Source of the DNA: a virus
Lineage: Duplodnaviria > Caudoviricetes
Virus record (IMG/VR): IMGVR_UViG_3300020316_000005
Coordinates: 1-64,000 of that record
Direction: 5' to 3' (one strand)
Length of the DNA: 64,000 nt
Shown: in pieces, positions 1 to 9,036 of the stretch
Layout: every line of letters starts with the position of its first letter
How positions within the stretch are numbered: the stretch's first letter is position 1
The notes under the pieces: generated by a model
What the model was told of the DNA's origin: nothing
Database searches by the model: none
What the model saw: the letters and a program-made list of their open reading frames with translations, nothing else
Translations under genes and position numbers: made by a program

Positions 1-693
1 ACCATCATCTGCCTTACGGCACTTAAATTTTCTCTTCTTAACTTTGCCACCCCTGCCTTTCGGTTGCTTAGCAGTACCACCAAGGGGTGCGTCCAGACCT
101 GCTGTGGGTCCATTCTCATCTGCACCTGCACTGAAACCAGCAGCACCATTAGCGGTGCCAGTATTCATAGTGGGTGCACCCTCTTCCTTCAGTTTCTCTC
201 TCCTCTTACGCTTGGCATAATCCATATAAGATTCACCAGGTTTCAGAGACTTACTGTAGTCTTTCTTGGGTTTGGATGATGAAGCACGGTCTTCACGAGC
301 ACGTTGGTTAGCACCAGGTCCACCCAACTTACGATCCTTATCTGGATCGGGATGCCAGAAATCACCACGTTCTTGAATGTTTTCTGTTTCCTGCTGCTTC
401 TTCACCTGACGTGCCAACTCTGCTTGAGCCATAGTGCTACCTACTTCCTTCGCAGTATTCTTGACTGCCTTCTTTGTGCTTTTGCCAACTGCTCTAACGC
501 CTTTGCCAGCAGCTTTGGTAGCAGCTACAGCACCTCTTGCTGCAACTTTACCAATCACCTTTGCGCCAACTGCCGCTGCCTTAGCAGCACCAGCAACGAC
601 AGGTGCAATCTCGTCGAGGTTCTGTTTGTTTTTATGAAATTCATCTACCTTTGTGTAAGGAGCATACAAAGGATAGTCGTAATTCTTACCCAT
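1..693 (-). CDS. Basic modular hypothetical protein, putative internal head protein (runs off left edge; not in ORF track)
   Basis: ATG at 693, frame open to position 1: MGKNYDYPLYAPYTKVDEFHKNKQNLDE-IAPVVAGAAKAAAVG...ENIQE-RGDFWHPDPDKDRKLGGPG...; Lys/Ala-rich with (L/I)xE sites. Confidence 0.75.
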   Translation of the reverse strand, partial: MGKNYDYPLYAPYTKVDEFHKNKQNLDEIAPVVAGAAKAAAVGAKVIGKVAARGAVAATKAAGKGVRAVGKSTKKAVKNTAKEVGSTMAQAELARQVKKQQETENIQERGDFWHPDPDKDRKLGGPGANQRAREDRASSSKPKKDYSKSLKPGESYMDYAKRKRREKLKEEGAPTMNTGTANGAAGFSAGADENGPTAGLDAPLGGTAKQPKGRGGKVKKRKFKCRKADDG

Positions 694-704
694 TTGAAAC
701 CTCG

Positions 705-1076
705 TTATAGTTCACTTAGTTGTTTACTAATGTGTGGATCAATTTCTACAAAGTCTAGCGTTCCACACCCCGCTTCGGGGTACATATTGAGATACAAAAC
801 ATATGTTTTGAGGATTTCCCAATACTGCTTCTCTAATTTATACACTAACAAAGGTATGGCAGCATCACCGAAGACATTGAACAACACAATTAAGTGGTTC
901 AATATCAAATGATTACGCAATACCCCAGTCTTTACATACCTTCCGAAGAGACGCTTCAAATATTTGAAGCGCATCATATCTTCTAGAAAATCATCGTATG
1001 TGACAGACTGGGGATTGTCATAATGTTTCATAGCGAACATCATAAAGTTGTCCGCTGTGAGACTACCAAAATGCAT
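705..1076 (-). CDS. Conserved T4-like cyanophage hypothetical protein
   Basis: 123 aa ORF in operon context; FAMKHYDNP...RFKYLKRLF...LILNHLIVLFNVFG recognised as a marine T4-like core hypothetical. Confidence 0.75.
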   Translation of the reverse strand: MHFGSLTADNFMMFAMKHYDNPQSVTYDDFLEDMMRFKYLKRLFGRYVKTGVLRNHLILNHLIVLFNVFGDAAIPLLVYKLEKQYWEILKTYVLYLNMYPEAGCGTLDFVEIDPHISKQLSEL

Positions 1077-1096
1077 AACAAATTATAGGTTAAAAA

Positions 1097-1882
1097 TCAA
1101 GAGACGAAAGTCAGAGTAGCAACACTACTTACGACTTCAGCAGCACCCTTGCTAGAGTTAATTTTAACTCTGTACTGGTTGCCGTCGTTAGCAGCAGTCT
1201 GTCCAGAGAGTACGAGAGATGCACTGGTTGCACCAGACACATTAGCGAATCTTCCAGCGGAAGATGTTCTCTTCTGCCACTGATAAGTGATAGTACCAGA
1301 CTGATCCACAGTTGCTGCGACAGTGAATGTTGCTGCACCCGAAGAAGTGTTCTGGTTAGCAGGTTGAGTACCAATAGTAATGGTCTCAAGCACGTCTGCT
1401 GCCACTGTTTCATCAGCAACGTCACCAGATGTACCTACTGCAACTCTAAGTGCTGCAAGTTTTTCTGCCTTATGACGTGTGGTTCCTTCTGCTGTGTTGT
1501 ATGTTCTATACAACCACCAACCAGGTCCATCGATGCCACGTGACTTGTTAGATGCAATACCATCTTCAGTGGTATCAACAAATACGAGTTGGTAATCAGA
1601 GTTGCTGTCGCCACCCTTGATCACATATTCTGCGACTGCTTTAGGGGGAGTTCTGCGGACTGCGCCAGACAGAGCAGCAGCGGTGCTACCTGCATAGTTC
1701 TTGTGCAGTTCGATAGAAGTTGTGCTATTAACTTGCTTAACGATGTACGCGACACCACCAAGTTCCAACACATCTCCAACTACTACTGTATCTGCAGCGT
1801 TCTTCGTAACAGTGGCATCGCCATTGGTGACGGCAACATTGTTAGAGAAGGTCGCGGCATCAATTTTTCCGAAGATTGCCAT
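1097..1882 (-). CDS. Virion structural protein with C-terminal Ig-like domain (Hoc-like decoration candidate)
   Basis: C-terminal ITIGTQP...FTVAAT...ITYQWQK...LVLSG...DGNQYRVKI Ig pattern; late promoter immediately upstream. Confidence 0.7.
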   Translation of the reverse strand: MAIFGKIDAATFSNNVAVTNGDATVTKNAADTVVVGDVLELGGVAYIVKQVNSTTSIELHKNYAGSTAAALSGAVRRTPPKAVAEYVIKGGDSNSDYQLVFVDTTEDGIASNKSRGIDGPGWWLYRTYNTAEGTTRHKAEKLAALRVAVGTSGDVADETVAADVLETITIGTQPANQNTSSGAATFTVAATVDQSGTITYQWQKRTSSAGRFANVSGATSASLVLSGQTAANDGNQYRVKINSSKGAAEVVSSVATLTFVS

Positions 1883-1918
1883 TGTTGTTTGTCCTCTACG
1901 ATTGAGTTTCCTATATGT

Positions 1919-1926
1919 TATTTATG
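1919..1926 (-). promoter_or_regulatory. T4-type late promoter CATAAATA
   Basis: Intergenic match to TATAAATA-like consensus about 37 nt upstream of the 1882 start. Confidence 0.7.
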
Positions 1927-1932
1927 TAAATG

Positions 1933-1958
1933 AAAAAGGGACCACTCGGGTCCCCTTT
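1933..1958 (-). terminator. Rho-independent terminator
   Basis: GGGACC/GGTCCC stem followed by a U-run on the minus strand, just after the 1962 stop. Confidence 0.7.
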
Positions 1959-1961
1959 GCA

Positions 1962-2165
1962 TTACTCGCCTTCGCGAGTGCGGACTGCTTTAGTCACTGC
2001 TTCAAGCAGTTTGTCATCCATATCTGTCTTAGTCAGTTTGACTGCTTTGCCAAGAATAACAAGGCAGATTTCGATCAGTTTGTCACCGAGTTCCTCATCA
2101 TCAGGAATCTTAGCGACAGCGGCGTCTACAATTTTGTAGGCGAAAGGGAGAAGAAATGATAGCAT
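1962..2165 (-). CDS. Small conserved hypothetical protein
   Basis: 67 aa ORF followed by a terminator. Confidence 0.65.
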   Translation of the reverse strand: MLSFLLPFAYKIVDAAVAKIPDDEELGDKLIEICLVILGKAVKLTKTDMDDKLLEAVTKAVRTREGE

Positions 2166-2199
2166 AGCGATACACCATATGGGTCTATCTTATATATGC

Positions 2200-2934
2200 T
2201 TATTTCTTCTTCTTTGAGGTATCCATAATGGCACCTTTGCCATACTTCTTCTCGATCTCACCCTTTACGATGTCCAGAGCGGAAGGACCATCCTTCTTCT
2301 TGGGCATTGGTTTGGGTTGAGTGCCACCAGACCTAGCGGTGTAGCGACGATTACCAGCAGATCTATAACCTGAGCCATACCTCTCAAGTTTGCGATCACG
2401 CATCCTATCGTACTCTTCCTCGTTGATGTGCTCAACTTCTTCGCACTTAGACTCCTTTGACTTGCGCTTTGCTGCTGCTTTAGCAAGCAAACGCTTTCTT
2501 GCTGCTTCCTGTTCTTTCTTAGGAATAGAAGTGACGGCACCAACTTTCTGGTCCACATCACCAGGAGCATACCCTTCAGGGTACATTGTCAAACCACGCT
2601 CATTTTTTTGCTTTTCTCTATGAGCATCAGCATCTGCTGATTTCTTATTTTGTTTTTTGGTAGTCTGCATCCTCACATACTTACCATCACCCTCATTGCT
2701 CTTAGCACCTCTCTTCTGCTTCACACCACGGGCAAAATGATGCATAACTCCCATAGGACGAGAAGATTTACCCTCTTCAACCTGCTCAACCTCTTCTACG
2801 TTGAGAGTCTTGGGATAATCCTTCTCACCAGGACGAGCAGGACGTTCACCACGCTTACGCTTGGCGTGGATGTTTGCCCACAAACCTTTCTTCTTACCCT
2901 CATCGAGGGATTGGTATTCAGAGAAACTATACAT
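2200..2934 (-). CDS. Basic modular protein, putative gp21-processed internal head protein
   Basis: N-terminus [13 protein letters not shown]; alternating acidic (V/I)xE linkers and Lys/Arg-rich modules. Confidence 0.7.
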   Translation of the reverse strand: MYSFSEYQSLDEGKKKGLWANIHAKRKRGERPARPGEKDYPKTLNVEEVEQVEEGKSSRPMGVMHHFARGVKQKRGAKSNEGDGKYVRMQTTKKQNKKSADADAHREKQKNERGLTMYPEGYAPGDVDQKVGAVTSIPKKEQEAARKRLLAKAAAKRKSKESKCEEVEHINEEEYDRMRDRKLERYGSGYRSAGNRRYTARSGGTQPKPMPKKKDGPSALDIVKGEIEKKYGKGAIMDTSKKKK

Positions 2935-3383
2935 CAGTGCTTGTGCGATGCTTCGAGGATGATCTCAAGATCTTCAACAGCAACGTTCTCGTGAATGTTA
3001 CCTTGCTCATCAATGAGATCGTAATGAGTTACGAAATGGGTGTTACCATCTGCATCAGGTTCTGCCAACTCCACCAAGGTGTGTTGCTCAGGGATGGTTT
3101 GGCAAACGCCATACTCAGCGTGCTCACAGTGTGATGCACAGATATGAGTTTTCTTACCCATTGCTTTAGAGATCGTCTTACGACGATTCAGCAGGTACTT
3201 GTCAGACTTATCGTGGTCACCGTCATTGTCGATGTCCTTGTCTTCTTTACCCACAGGATCCAGACGCTTCTTGGATGCTTCTTTCAGGGTTGCTAATTCT
3301 GCAGCGAGCAGTGTGCGGATGGATTCTTTCATCAGATCTTGCTTTTTAGGGTTGATAATAATCTTAGTTTTCTTGCCCATCAC
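2934..3383 (-). CDS. Hypothetical protein with DxDxDG motif and His/Cys-rich domain
   Basis: [14 protein letters not shown]; HICASHCEH...THYD; coupled to both neighbours. Confidence 0.7.
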   Translation of the reverse strand: MMGKKTKIIINPKKQDLMKESIRTLLAAELATLKEASKKRLDPVGKEDKDIDNDGDHDKSDKYLLNRRKTISKAMGKKTHICASHCEHAEYGVCQTIPEQHTLVELAEPDADGNTHFVTHYDLIDEQGNIHENVAVEDLEIILEASHKH

Positions 3384-4909
3384 TTACCAAAGTTAGGGAA
3401 TGCTTTCTTGAAGACTTCGGATGCTTCCTTATGCTTACCTTGGTTAGTAAGTTCTTTGGACTTGGCAAGTGCAGCTGCCTTTGCCTTCTGAGCAGGGGTC
3501 TTCTCTTCGATTTGCATACCGAGACGATCTCTCCAGGAGATGCCTTCGGGATCGCGAAGTGTTGTCTTGTCGTGGTCTGCGGTTTCCTGCATTGCAAGAA
3601 CGCGGCGGACACGATCGGTGCGTGATTCCATAGATTGTTCTCCAAGTTTACGTGCAACTTTGTCGGATCCAGAGGATACTGCACGTGCCGTCTTGCCGAC
3701 GACTTTCTTGATGCCTCTACCCACAGCGCCAACTGCACGGCGGAGGAGAGACTTCTTCTTAGTACCACCTTCCTTAGCACCACCAGTAGAAGTGGGAGCG
3801 GAAGAGGAGGAACTAGATGAACCAGAGGAACTGGAGGAACCACCAGAAGAACTAGAACCAGAAGAAGATGAGGATCCACCTCTAATAGACTTTAGCAAAC
3901 CATCAAGTTTGCCACCAGTCTTATCTCCATCTCCTGATTTTGCTTCAGGTTTCTTTGCTGCGGGTTTCGACTTGCTCAACCCATCACGCTTTGCTTTGAT
4001 TCTCGCTGCTTGGTATGAACCAACAGCGTGACCCGCTGCTTTACCAGCGGCACCAATAGCACTCTTAGCACCAGACTTAACTGCTGCCTTTACTTTAGGT
4101 GCTGCTTTCTTAGCAGCTTCGCCTGCCTTGGCAGCACCAGATTTAACTGCTGCACCTGCCTTAGAGGCACCAGACTTAAGAGCAGAACCAACACGACCTG
4201 CGGCAGATTTCAGACGCTCAACACGCTTGCCTCTTGCAATGCGCTTTGCGCTATCCTTAGATGCCTTAACGGCAGAATCGTAATAGTCCTCAGAGAGAAG
4301 TTCCAGTTCACCAAACATTTCACACGCTTCTTGCAGCAGTGCTTCGTCTTCTAGGTCAACCAGTGCTTCAACAATGATGTCTTCCAGATCTTCGTCAGTG
4401 AGACTGTCGAACTCTTCCTGCAGTTCGTCAACCAGATCCCACATCCATTCTTCAGATTCCTTGACACAGTTAGGAACTTCTTTACCGTCCTTCATCTTAG
4501 TGCCTTTGGCTTTGTAACCATCCCAGCACTTGCCTGCGCCAACGTTCTTACGTGCTTGCTTGAGACCTTCTTCGATCTCATTTTCTTCACAGCAACTCGC
4601 AACAGGTTTACCCTTTGCTTTTACAGAATTCTGAGTTGCAGTGACAGGACCCTCTGTAGATCCCTTTTCTTTTACGGTGTCAATTTTGCCTGACGCATCG
4701 GAAGGCTTTGCCTTAATGGTTGCCATATTCCGATTCTCAAGAATGACATCTGCGATGCCGATGAGACGATCAGACTCAAGGTGCTCCTTGATATAACCGT
4801 GGATAGCATCACCAGAGAAGTTGTGCTGAGCGTAGTCTACGACATATGTTACACGCTGCACATCCTCAGGAGGAAACGCTACCAGTTTACTAGCAAGATT
4901 GATGTCCAT
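3380..4909 (-). CDS. Large modular acidic/basic protein, putative prohead core or internal protein
   Basis: 509 aa; acidic helix block, KCWDGY...VPNCVKE module, Ala/Lys-rich region, poly-Ser linker; late promoter upstream. Confidence 0.75.
   Translation of the reverse strand: MDINLASKLVAFPPEDVQRVTYVVDYAQHNFSGDAIHGYIKEHLESDRLIGIADVILENRNMATIKAKPSDASGKIDTVKEKGSTEGPVTATQNSVKAKGKPVASCCEENEIEEGLKQARKNVGAGKCWDGYKAKGTKMKDGKEVPNCVKESEEWMWDLVDELQEEFDSLTDEDLEDIIVEALVDLEDEALLQEACEMFGELELLSEDYYDSAVKASKDSAKRIARGKRVERLKSAAGRVGSALKSGASKAGAAVKSGAAKAGEAAKKAAPKVKAAVKSGAKSAIGAAGKAAGHAVGSYQAARIKAKRDGLSKSKPAAKKPEAKSGDGDKTGGKLDGLLKSIRGGSSSSSGSSSSGGSSSSSGSSSSSSSAPTSTGGAKEGGTKKKSLLRRAVGAVGRGIKKVVGKTARAVSSGSDKVARKLGEQSMESRTDRVRRVLAMQETADHDKTTLRDPEGISWRDRLGMQIEEKTPAQKAKAAALAKSKELTNQGKHKEASEVFKKAFPNFGK
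3800..3880 (-). repeat. Gly/Ser low-complexity coding repeat
   Basis: [29 protein letters not shown] in the 509 aa ORF. Confidence 0.7.
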
Positions 4910-4936
4910 TCTTTACTAACCGTTTTTTTCGTAATA

Positions 4937-6088
4937 CTATTTAGACTTTCGGAAGTCGCTGAATTTCTTCACCGACTGACCAGGAGTCATTTCCTGTACT
5001 GCTTTTCTGTATGTATCAGTGCCAACTTTCCAATCGTTACCACTGCCATCATCAGCAGAATGATGCTTCTCCTTCTCAGTTACCTCAGCAATGTGCTGCA
5101 ACCAACTCTTAAACACATAACCTTCTGCGGTCTCGTAGATCACATAGTTTGCACCACGGACCGTGACTGTACCACGGACACCTGTGTCCATATGCTCAAC
5201 CAGTTGACCAACCTCAAACACATCTTTCTGGAAGTATGCTTCGCGGAGATCTTGTTGTGCAAGTTTAGGAGCAATCTCCCACATCTCAGCAGCAACCTGT
5301 TCCTCCTCAGAAATACCCATACCCTTACGGACCTCATTCATCAGGCGCTTTGCAATGGCAGCGTTGCCACCAGGAACTCCTTCCGTGAATGACTCAAGAT
5401 CACCTGATGCAGCAAACGCTCGCATCTTAGATGCAGACATACCTTCTACACCTTCAGCATCTGGGTCACGATCGCCAGCAGAAACAACATTGAGTTCTTC
5501 AAACTCATATGCCTGACCATTATATTTCTCAAGGAGAGATTTGAATTCAGAAACGCGATCAGATCCAACAACCAGAGTAACACCAGTGTAACCCTCGTCC
5601 TGAAGTGCCACCATCACATTGAAGATGTTGGACATACCACTGTCATTGACGATTGCATCCGAGTGACTCGGGTACATCTCGTTCATAAACTTAACCTTAA
5701 TTTCAGGTTCCAGCGGATTCTTCTTAGGATCAACCGTACGAGAAGGATAGATGCGATAATTATCAACACCTTCCTTTGCCACAGCATCCAGAAGTTTCTC
5801 GTGCCCAATAGTAGGCGGGTTGAAACGACCGAATGTAATCGCCACAGTTCCTAGACCCTCACCACTTGTGAGATGAGCATCTTCTTGGTCTCCTTGTTCG
5901 ACACCCGCTTGTGCTGCTTGTGCCTCACTTTTATCCACAGCAACTAGGCGCTGACCTTTTTCAGACTTAGCAACAATGTTGCCACTTCTATCAGCATAGT
6001 AACCGTGACCGACGTGTTGAAGTCCACGTTTCGCTGCTGCGTCACCCGCAACAGTCCTTGCTTCAGACAGGAACTCGGTGAATTTCAT
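4937..6088 (-). CDS. HIGH-superfamily nucleotidyltransferase (cyanophage 'cytidyltransferase')
   Basis: TFGRFNPPTIGHEKL (HIGH-like), VVGSDR, MSASKMR (KMSKS-like). Confidence 0.85.
   Translation of the reverse strand: MKFTEFLSEARTVAGDAAAKRGLQHVGHGYYADRSGNIVAKSEKGQRLVAVDKSEAQAAQAGVEQGDQEDAHLTSGEGLGTVAITFGRFNPPTIGHEKLLDAVAKEGVDNYRIYPSRTVDPKKNPLEPEIKVKFMNEMYPSHSDAIVNDSGMSNIFNVMVALQDEGYTGVTLVVGSDRVSEFKSLLEKYNGQAYEFEELNVVSAGDRDPDAEGVEGMSASKMRAFAASGDLESFTEGVPGGNAAIAKRLMNEVRKGMGISEEEQVAAEMWEIAPKLAQQDLREAYFQKDVFEVGQLVEHMDTGVRGTVTVRGANYVIYETAEGYVFKSWLQHIAEVTEKEKHHSADDGSGNDWKVGTDTYRKAVQEMTPGQSVKKFSDFRKSK
4938..4945 (-). promoter_or_regulatory. Late promoter TCTAAATA
   Basis: Overlaps the upstream gene stop, about 29 nt before the 4909 start. 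Confidence 0.6.
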
Positions 6089-6111
6089 TATAGTATGCGT
6101 GTTTCCTTATA

Positions 6112-6119
6112 TATTTATT
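6112..6119 (-). promoter_or_regulatory. Late promoter AATAAATA
   Basis: About 24 nt upstream of the 6088 start. Confidence 0.7.
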
Positions 6120-7311
6120 AGCCCCAATTCTTCTCTACCGTGAAATTAGCGCGGGAGAACTCCAAACGATCAACAAGTTTTAGGGCAGAACCTGATTTGA
6201 TCGCTACAAAACCTTCTGGTGCAGTCACTCTGAAACCTTTATCTGTTTTGATATAAGTTCCAATATCTTTGACTGCTTCCAACCTGCGGATGACCATAGT
6301 CTTCGCTTGGGTTAAGTTCATATATGAAGCAACAGTCATATATATCGCTTTAGAATTTGCCTTGATGAACTTAAGACCGTCAGATTGGATCTTACGATAC
6401 TTGTTCTTAGTGCTCTCAGTCTTCTTAGTAGAGATCTCTTTGTCCAGTGCAGACTTATAGTATGCAGCAAACCCAAGAGCAACTTGCTGCGCGGAACTCA
6501 TCGACACACCTCTGCGGATGTAGGTGTTGAAGTACACTTTGAACATAGCAGACAGCAGGAACTTACCATCTCCAGTCTGCTTAAGAACATCCAGGAACTT
6601 GGATGCCTGCTTGAGAGAACCTTCTGCTTTGTTTACAGCAGCATCATAGTCACGCTTCTGCTTATCAGTGAAGGTAGATGCTCCAGTAGTATCAGTGAAG
6701 TTAGAAGAGAACACAGCAACGCTATTCACTTTCTTGAAAGCATTAACATTAACACCAAAACTAGCAGTCATATCACGCAGTTCAGGACCACCAGTATAAC
6801 GAGTGTGAAAAACAATACCGATATTAGCGTTTGCAACCTTCTTACCTATTTCACTCTTCTGGGGAACAGCATAGGTGATAGTGTTTGGTTGGAAGATATT
6901 ACACACTTCACCATTCACCTTGTGAGTTTTCACATCACCTTTAGTGAACAGAAGATCTCCCTGTACCACACCAGTGATACCTAGTTTGGGAAGTTCACGA
7001 AGACAAGTCTTGAGTTTGTTTGCCAGTTCACCACTGTAGAGAAGGTCAACATCCTTATCACTCATACAGATCTTGGGAGTCTTAGCAAATACACCCTTGG
7101 TGCCAACAAAAAAATCTTTAGTCTCAGGATGCTGACCACAGATAACAGCGGGTGCACCATCCCACTTGGTAGTAATACGGATACCAGAGTCAGGTTCAGA
7201 CAGCATCTTGCCAAGTTCACGGAGGAATGCAATAGCGTTCCTGCCTCCATTTGAACCTTGGTTCAGGATGTCGTCTTCTAAGTGTTCTAGGTGAGTGTTC
7301 TGCTTTGCCAT
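6118..7311 (-). CDS. DUF6267-type protein with ATP-dependent ligase / covalent nucleotidyltransferase motifs
   Basis: NTHLEHLED N-terminus; TTKWDG (KxDG), VQGDLLF, PEGFVA, LKLV. Confidence 0.7.
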   Translation of the reverse strand: MAKQNTHLEHLEDDILNQGSNGGRNAIAFLRELGKMLSEPDSGIRITTKWDGAPAVICGQHPETKDFFVGTKGVFAKTPKICMSDKDVDLLYSGELANKLKTCLRELPKLGITGVVQGDLLFTKGDVKTHKVNGEVCNIFQPNTITYAVPQKSEIGKKVANANIGIVFHTRYTGGPELRDMTASFGVNVNAFKKVNSVAVFSSNFTDTTGASTFTDKQKRDYDAAVNKAEGSLKQASKFLDVLKQTGDGKFLLSAMFKVYFNTYIRRGVSMSSAQQVALGFAAYYKSALDKEISTKKTESTKNKYRKIQSDGLKFIKANSKAIYMTVASYMNLTQAKTMVIRRLEAVKDIGTYIKTDKGFRVTAPEGFVAIKSGSALKLVDRLEFSRANFTVEKNWG

Positions 7312-7317
7312 ATCCTA

Positions 7318-7375
7318 ATTATAGCGCGTGATGGATGACTGTCCCCGTAGAGTGGACAGTTTACCAAGGGTCCCC
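7318..7375 (-). promoter_or_regulatory. Early-type promoter: dyad GGGGACC-N10-TGTCCAC, 28 nt, TATAAT
   Basis: Same architecture at 27897-27956 and 30103-30161. Confidence 0.55.
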
Positions 7376-8266
7376 TGACATCTTCAGACTGCTGGCAAGT
7401 TTCTCAGACTCGTACTTGAATCTCATCTTCAGGATCTTCTTTGATCCTGCCTTGACACCAATAGAATCGTTACCAACTTTCTCAAACCCAATCTTTTCAG
7501 TCATAATCGCTTCCAGTTTAGGGTTGTTGAGAGGATCCTCCACTTCAGCAGTGAATGGTGCCTTCCTACCTTTACCAGTTACCTTAACATAGGGAGGGAA
7601 TAGTTCTGTACTAGCATCAATCCAACCCCTCATAATATAATCCTTGCGATCTTTCTGTGCCATTGAGTTCAACTTCGTAAGCATAGCGTCTCTACACTTA
7701 TTCAGAACTTCAGAACCCATCTTATCAGTCTGCATCTGAATCGCTTTCGCTCCTCTGATAGCAGACTTCCTAGCACTAGCAGATGTCGGTAACTTAAAAA
7801 CTTTTACGACTTCATCTGTAGCATCTTTATTAAACTTTGATAGGGCAATACCCAGATCTTTTTCTACAGTACCAACACCAGGGTTCTTGAAACCAATATC
7901 ACCTTTACCAGATGTAGACTTAGCAGAGAGACCTAAGAATCCACCTCTAGTAAACTTAACTAGAACATCAGTTGGATTCTTTTTCTGGTCAACGTCTGTA
8001 CCAGTTACTTGCTTAAAAGAAAACCCAGGACGTGCTGTCCAATAAACATTTTGTACACCACTATATCCATTTTTCCTTGCCCACTTCAAAAATTCTTCTG
8101 CCATTACAGCGGCACGACCAATCTGCTGACTACCTTGATCTGCAGTTAGTAGTGCAAGTTTCTTGGTGTACTGTGCCTCAGACGCAGTATCAGGAAACTT
8201 ATTTTCGTTGAGGGCAAACGCAGTGTAAATCTCATTTACATCTGCTAGGTCTGTATTGGCAGGCAT
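7361..8266 (-). CDS. Putative PD-(D/E)xK-fold endonuclease
   Basis: VNEI helix, NPTDVLV and GLSAK (SxK variant) motifs. Confidence 0.55.
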   Translation of the reverse strand: MPANTDLADVNEIYTAFALNENKFPDTASEAQYTKKLALLTADQGSQQIGRAAVMAEEFLKWARKNGYSGVQNVYWTARPGFSFKQVTGTDVDQKKNPTDVLVKFTRGGFLGLSAKSTSGKGDIGFKNPGVGTVEKDLGIALSKFNKDATDEVVKVFKLPTSASARKSAIRGAKAIQMQTDKMGSEVLNKCRDAMLTKLNSMAQKDRKDYIMRGWIDASTELFPPYVKVTGKGRKAPFTAEVEDPLNNPKLEAIMTEKIGFEKVGNDSIGVKAGSKKILKMRFKYESEKLASSLKMSGDPW

Positions 8267-8288
8267 AAGACCAAAAACTTTTACCTAC

Positions 8289-8296
8289 TATTTAGA
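8289..8296 (-). promoter_or_regulatory. Late promoter TCTAAATA
   Basis: About 23 nt upstream of the 8266 start. Confidence 0.6.
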
Positions 8297-8837
8297 AGGT
8301 ACCTGGTCGCTTGTACAGATTCATAGCAAAGCATCGTCTGTGTGCTTGTGTTGGTGGAACTTCGTGAATCAGTCTAGCATCAAAGATTAGCAACTGACGT
8401 GCTGTCACATAATAAGGACTGTTCCCATCAAATAATATAGGAGAAGCACCCTCTTCTACTCTAAGGTAACCAACTGCTGCCCAGTCTGCAGGGAAGTGGC
8501 AGTGAGGTTTTACATAATCACCTGGTCCATAGTCTGCACCCCAGGTATTTTTCACATCATATTCAACATCAGTGGTTCCATCATTCAACCCACCATACAG
8601 TCTACCTCCAGCATTGTAGATGAGATTTGAAATCATCTTACAACAAAGACTGGCATATGCCTCACACAAAGGTAAAGGCAATGTCCAGTCAGTTTGTCTT
8701 GCGACAACGTTTGACCCCTGAGGAGATTCTTTTCCAGACTCCATCCAGTTATCAATCGTATGGTTTGCTTCCTCAATACATTCATCGGGAAGAATAAATT
8801 CAAAGACGGGTGTACCCCGTCCAACATAAGATGTCAT
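8292..8837 (-). CDS. 2OG-Fe(II) oxygenase-like protein (TIGR02466 type)
   Basis: W...PHCH...GYL...IHEV...RRCFAMN. Confidence 0.75.
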   Translation of the reverse strand: MTSYVGRGTPVFEFILPDECIEEANHTIDNWMESGKESPQGSNVVARQTDWTLPLPLCEAYASLCCKMISNLIYNAGGRLYGGLNDGTTDVEYDVKNTWGADYGPGDYVKPHCHFPADWAAVGYLRVEEGASPILFDGNSPYYVTARQLLIFDARLIHEVPPTQAHRRCFAMNLYKRPGTF

Positions 8838-9034
8838 TCGTCTTCTGCTTCTGCTGCCTCTTCAAGAGTATCTAGCATAATGTCGATGTCCTGAAGATTG
8901 TCAATACCGACGATGAGTTCAGAGATCTTGTGTCCCACGTATGGACGTTCTTGGCGAGCAGCGAATGCGAGTGCGTTTCTTAGTGATAGTTCTGCCTCTT
9001 TCAATGAGTTGGTCACGCTTTCGGACAGTGCCAT
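8834..9034 (-). CDS. Small conserved hypothetical protein
   Basis: 66 aa, coupled to neighbours; LRNALAFAARQERP motif. Confidence 0.65.
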   Translation of the reverse strand: MALSESVTNSLKEAELSLRNALAFAARQERPYVGHKISELIVGIDNLQDIDIMLDTLEEAAEAEDE

Positions 9035-9036
9035 AA

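Noticed and set aside
3364-3879. 171 aa hydrophobic minus-strand ORF inside the 509 aa gene
   Set aside because: Frame-shifted reading of the poly-Ser tract; no independent support.
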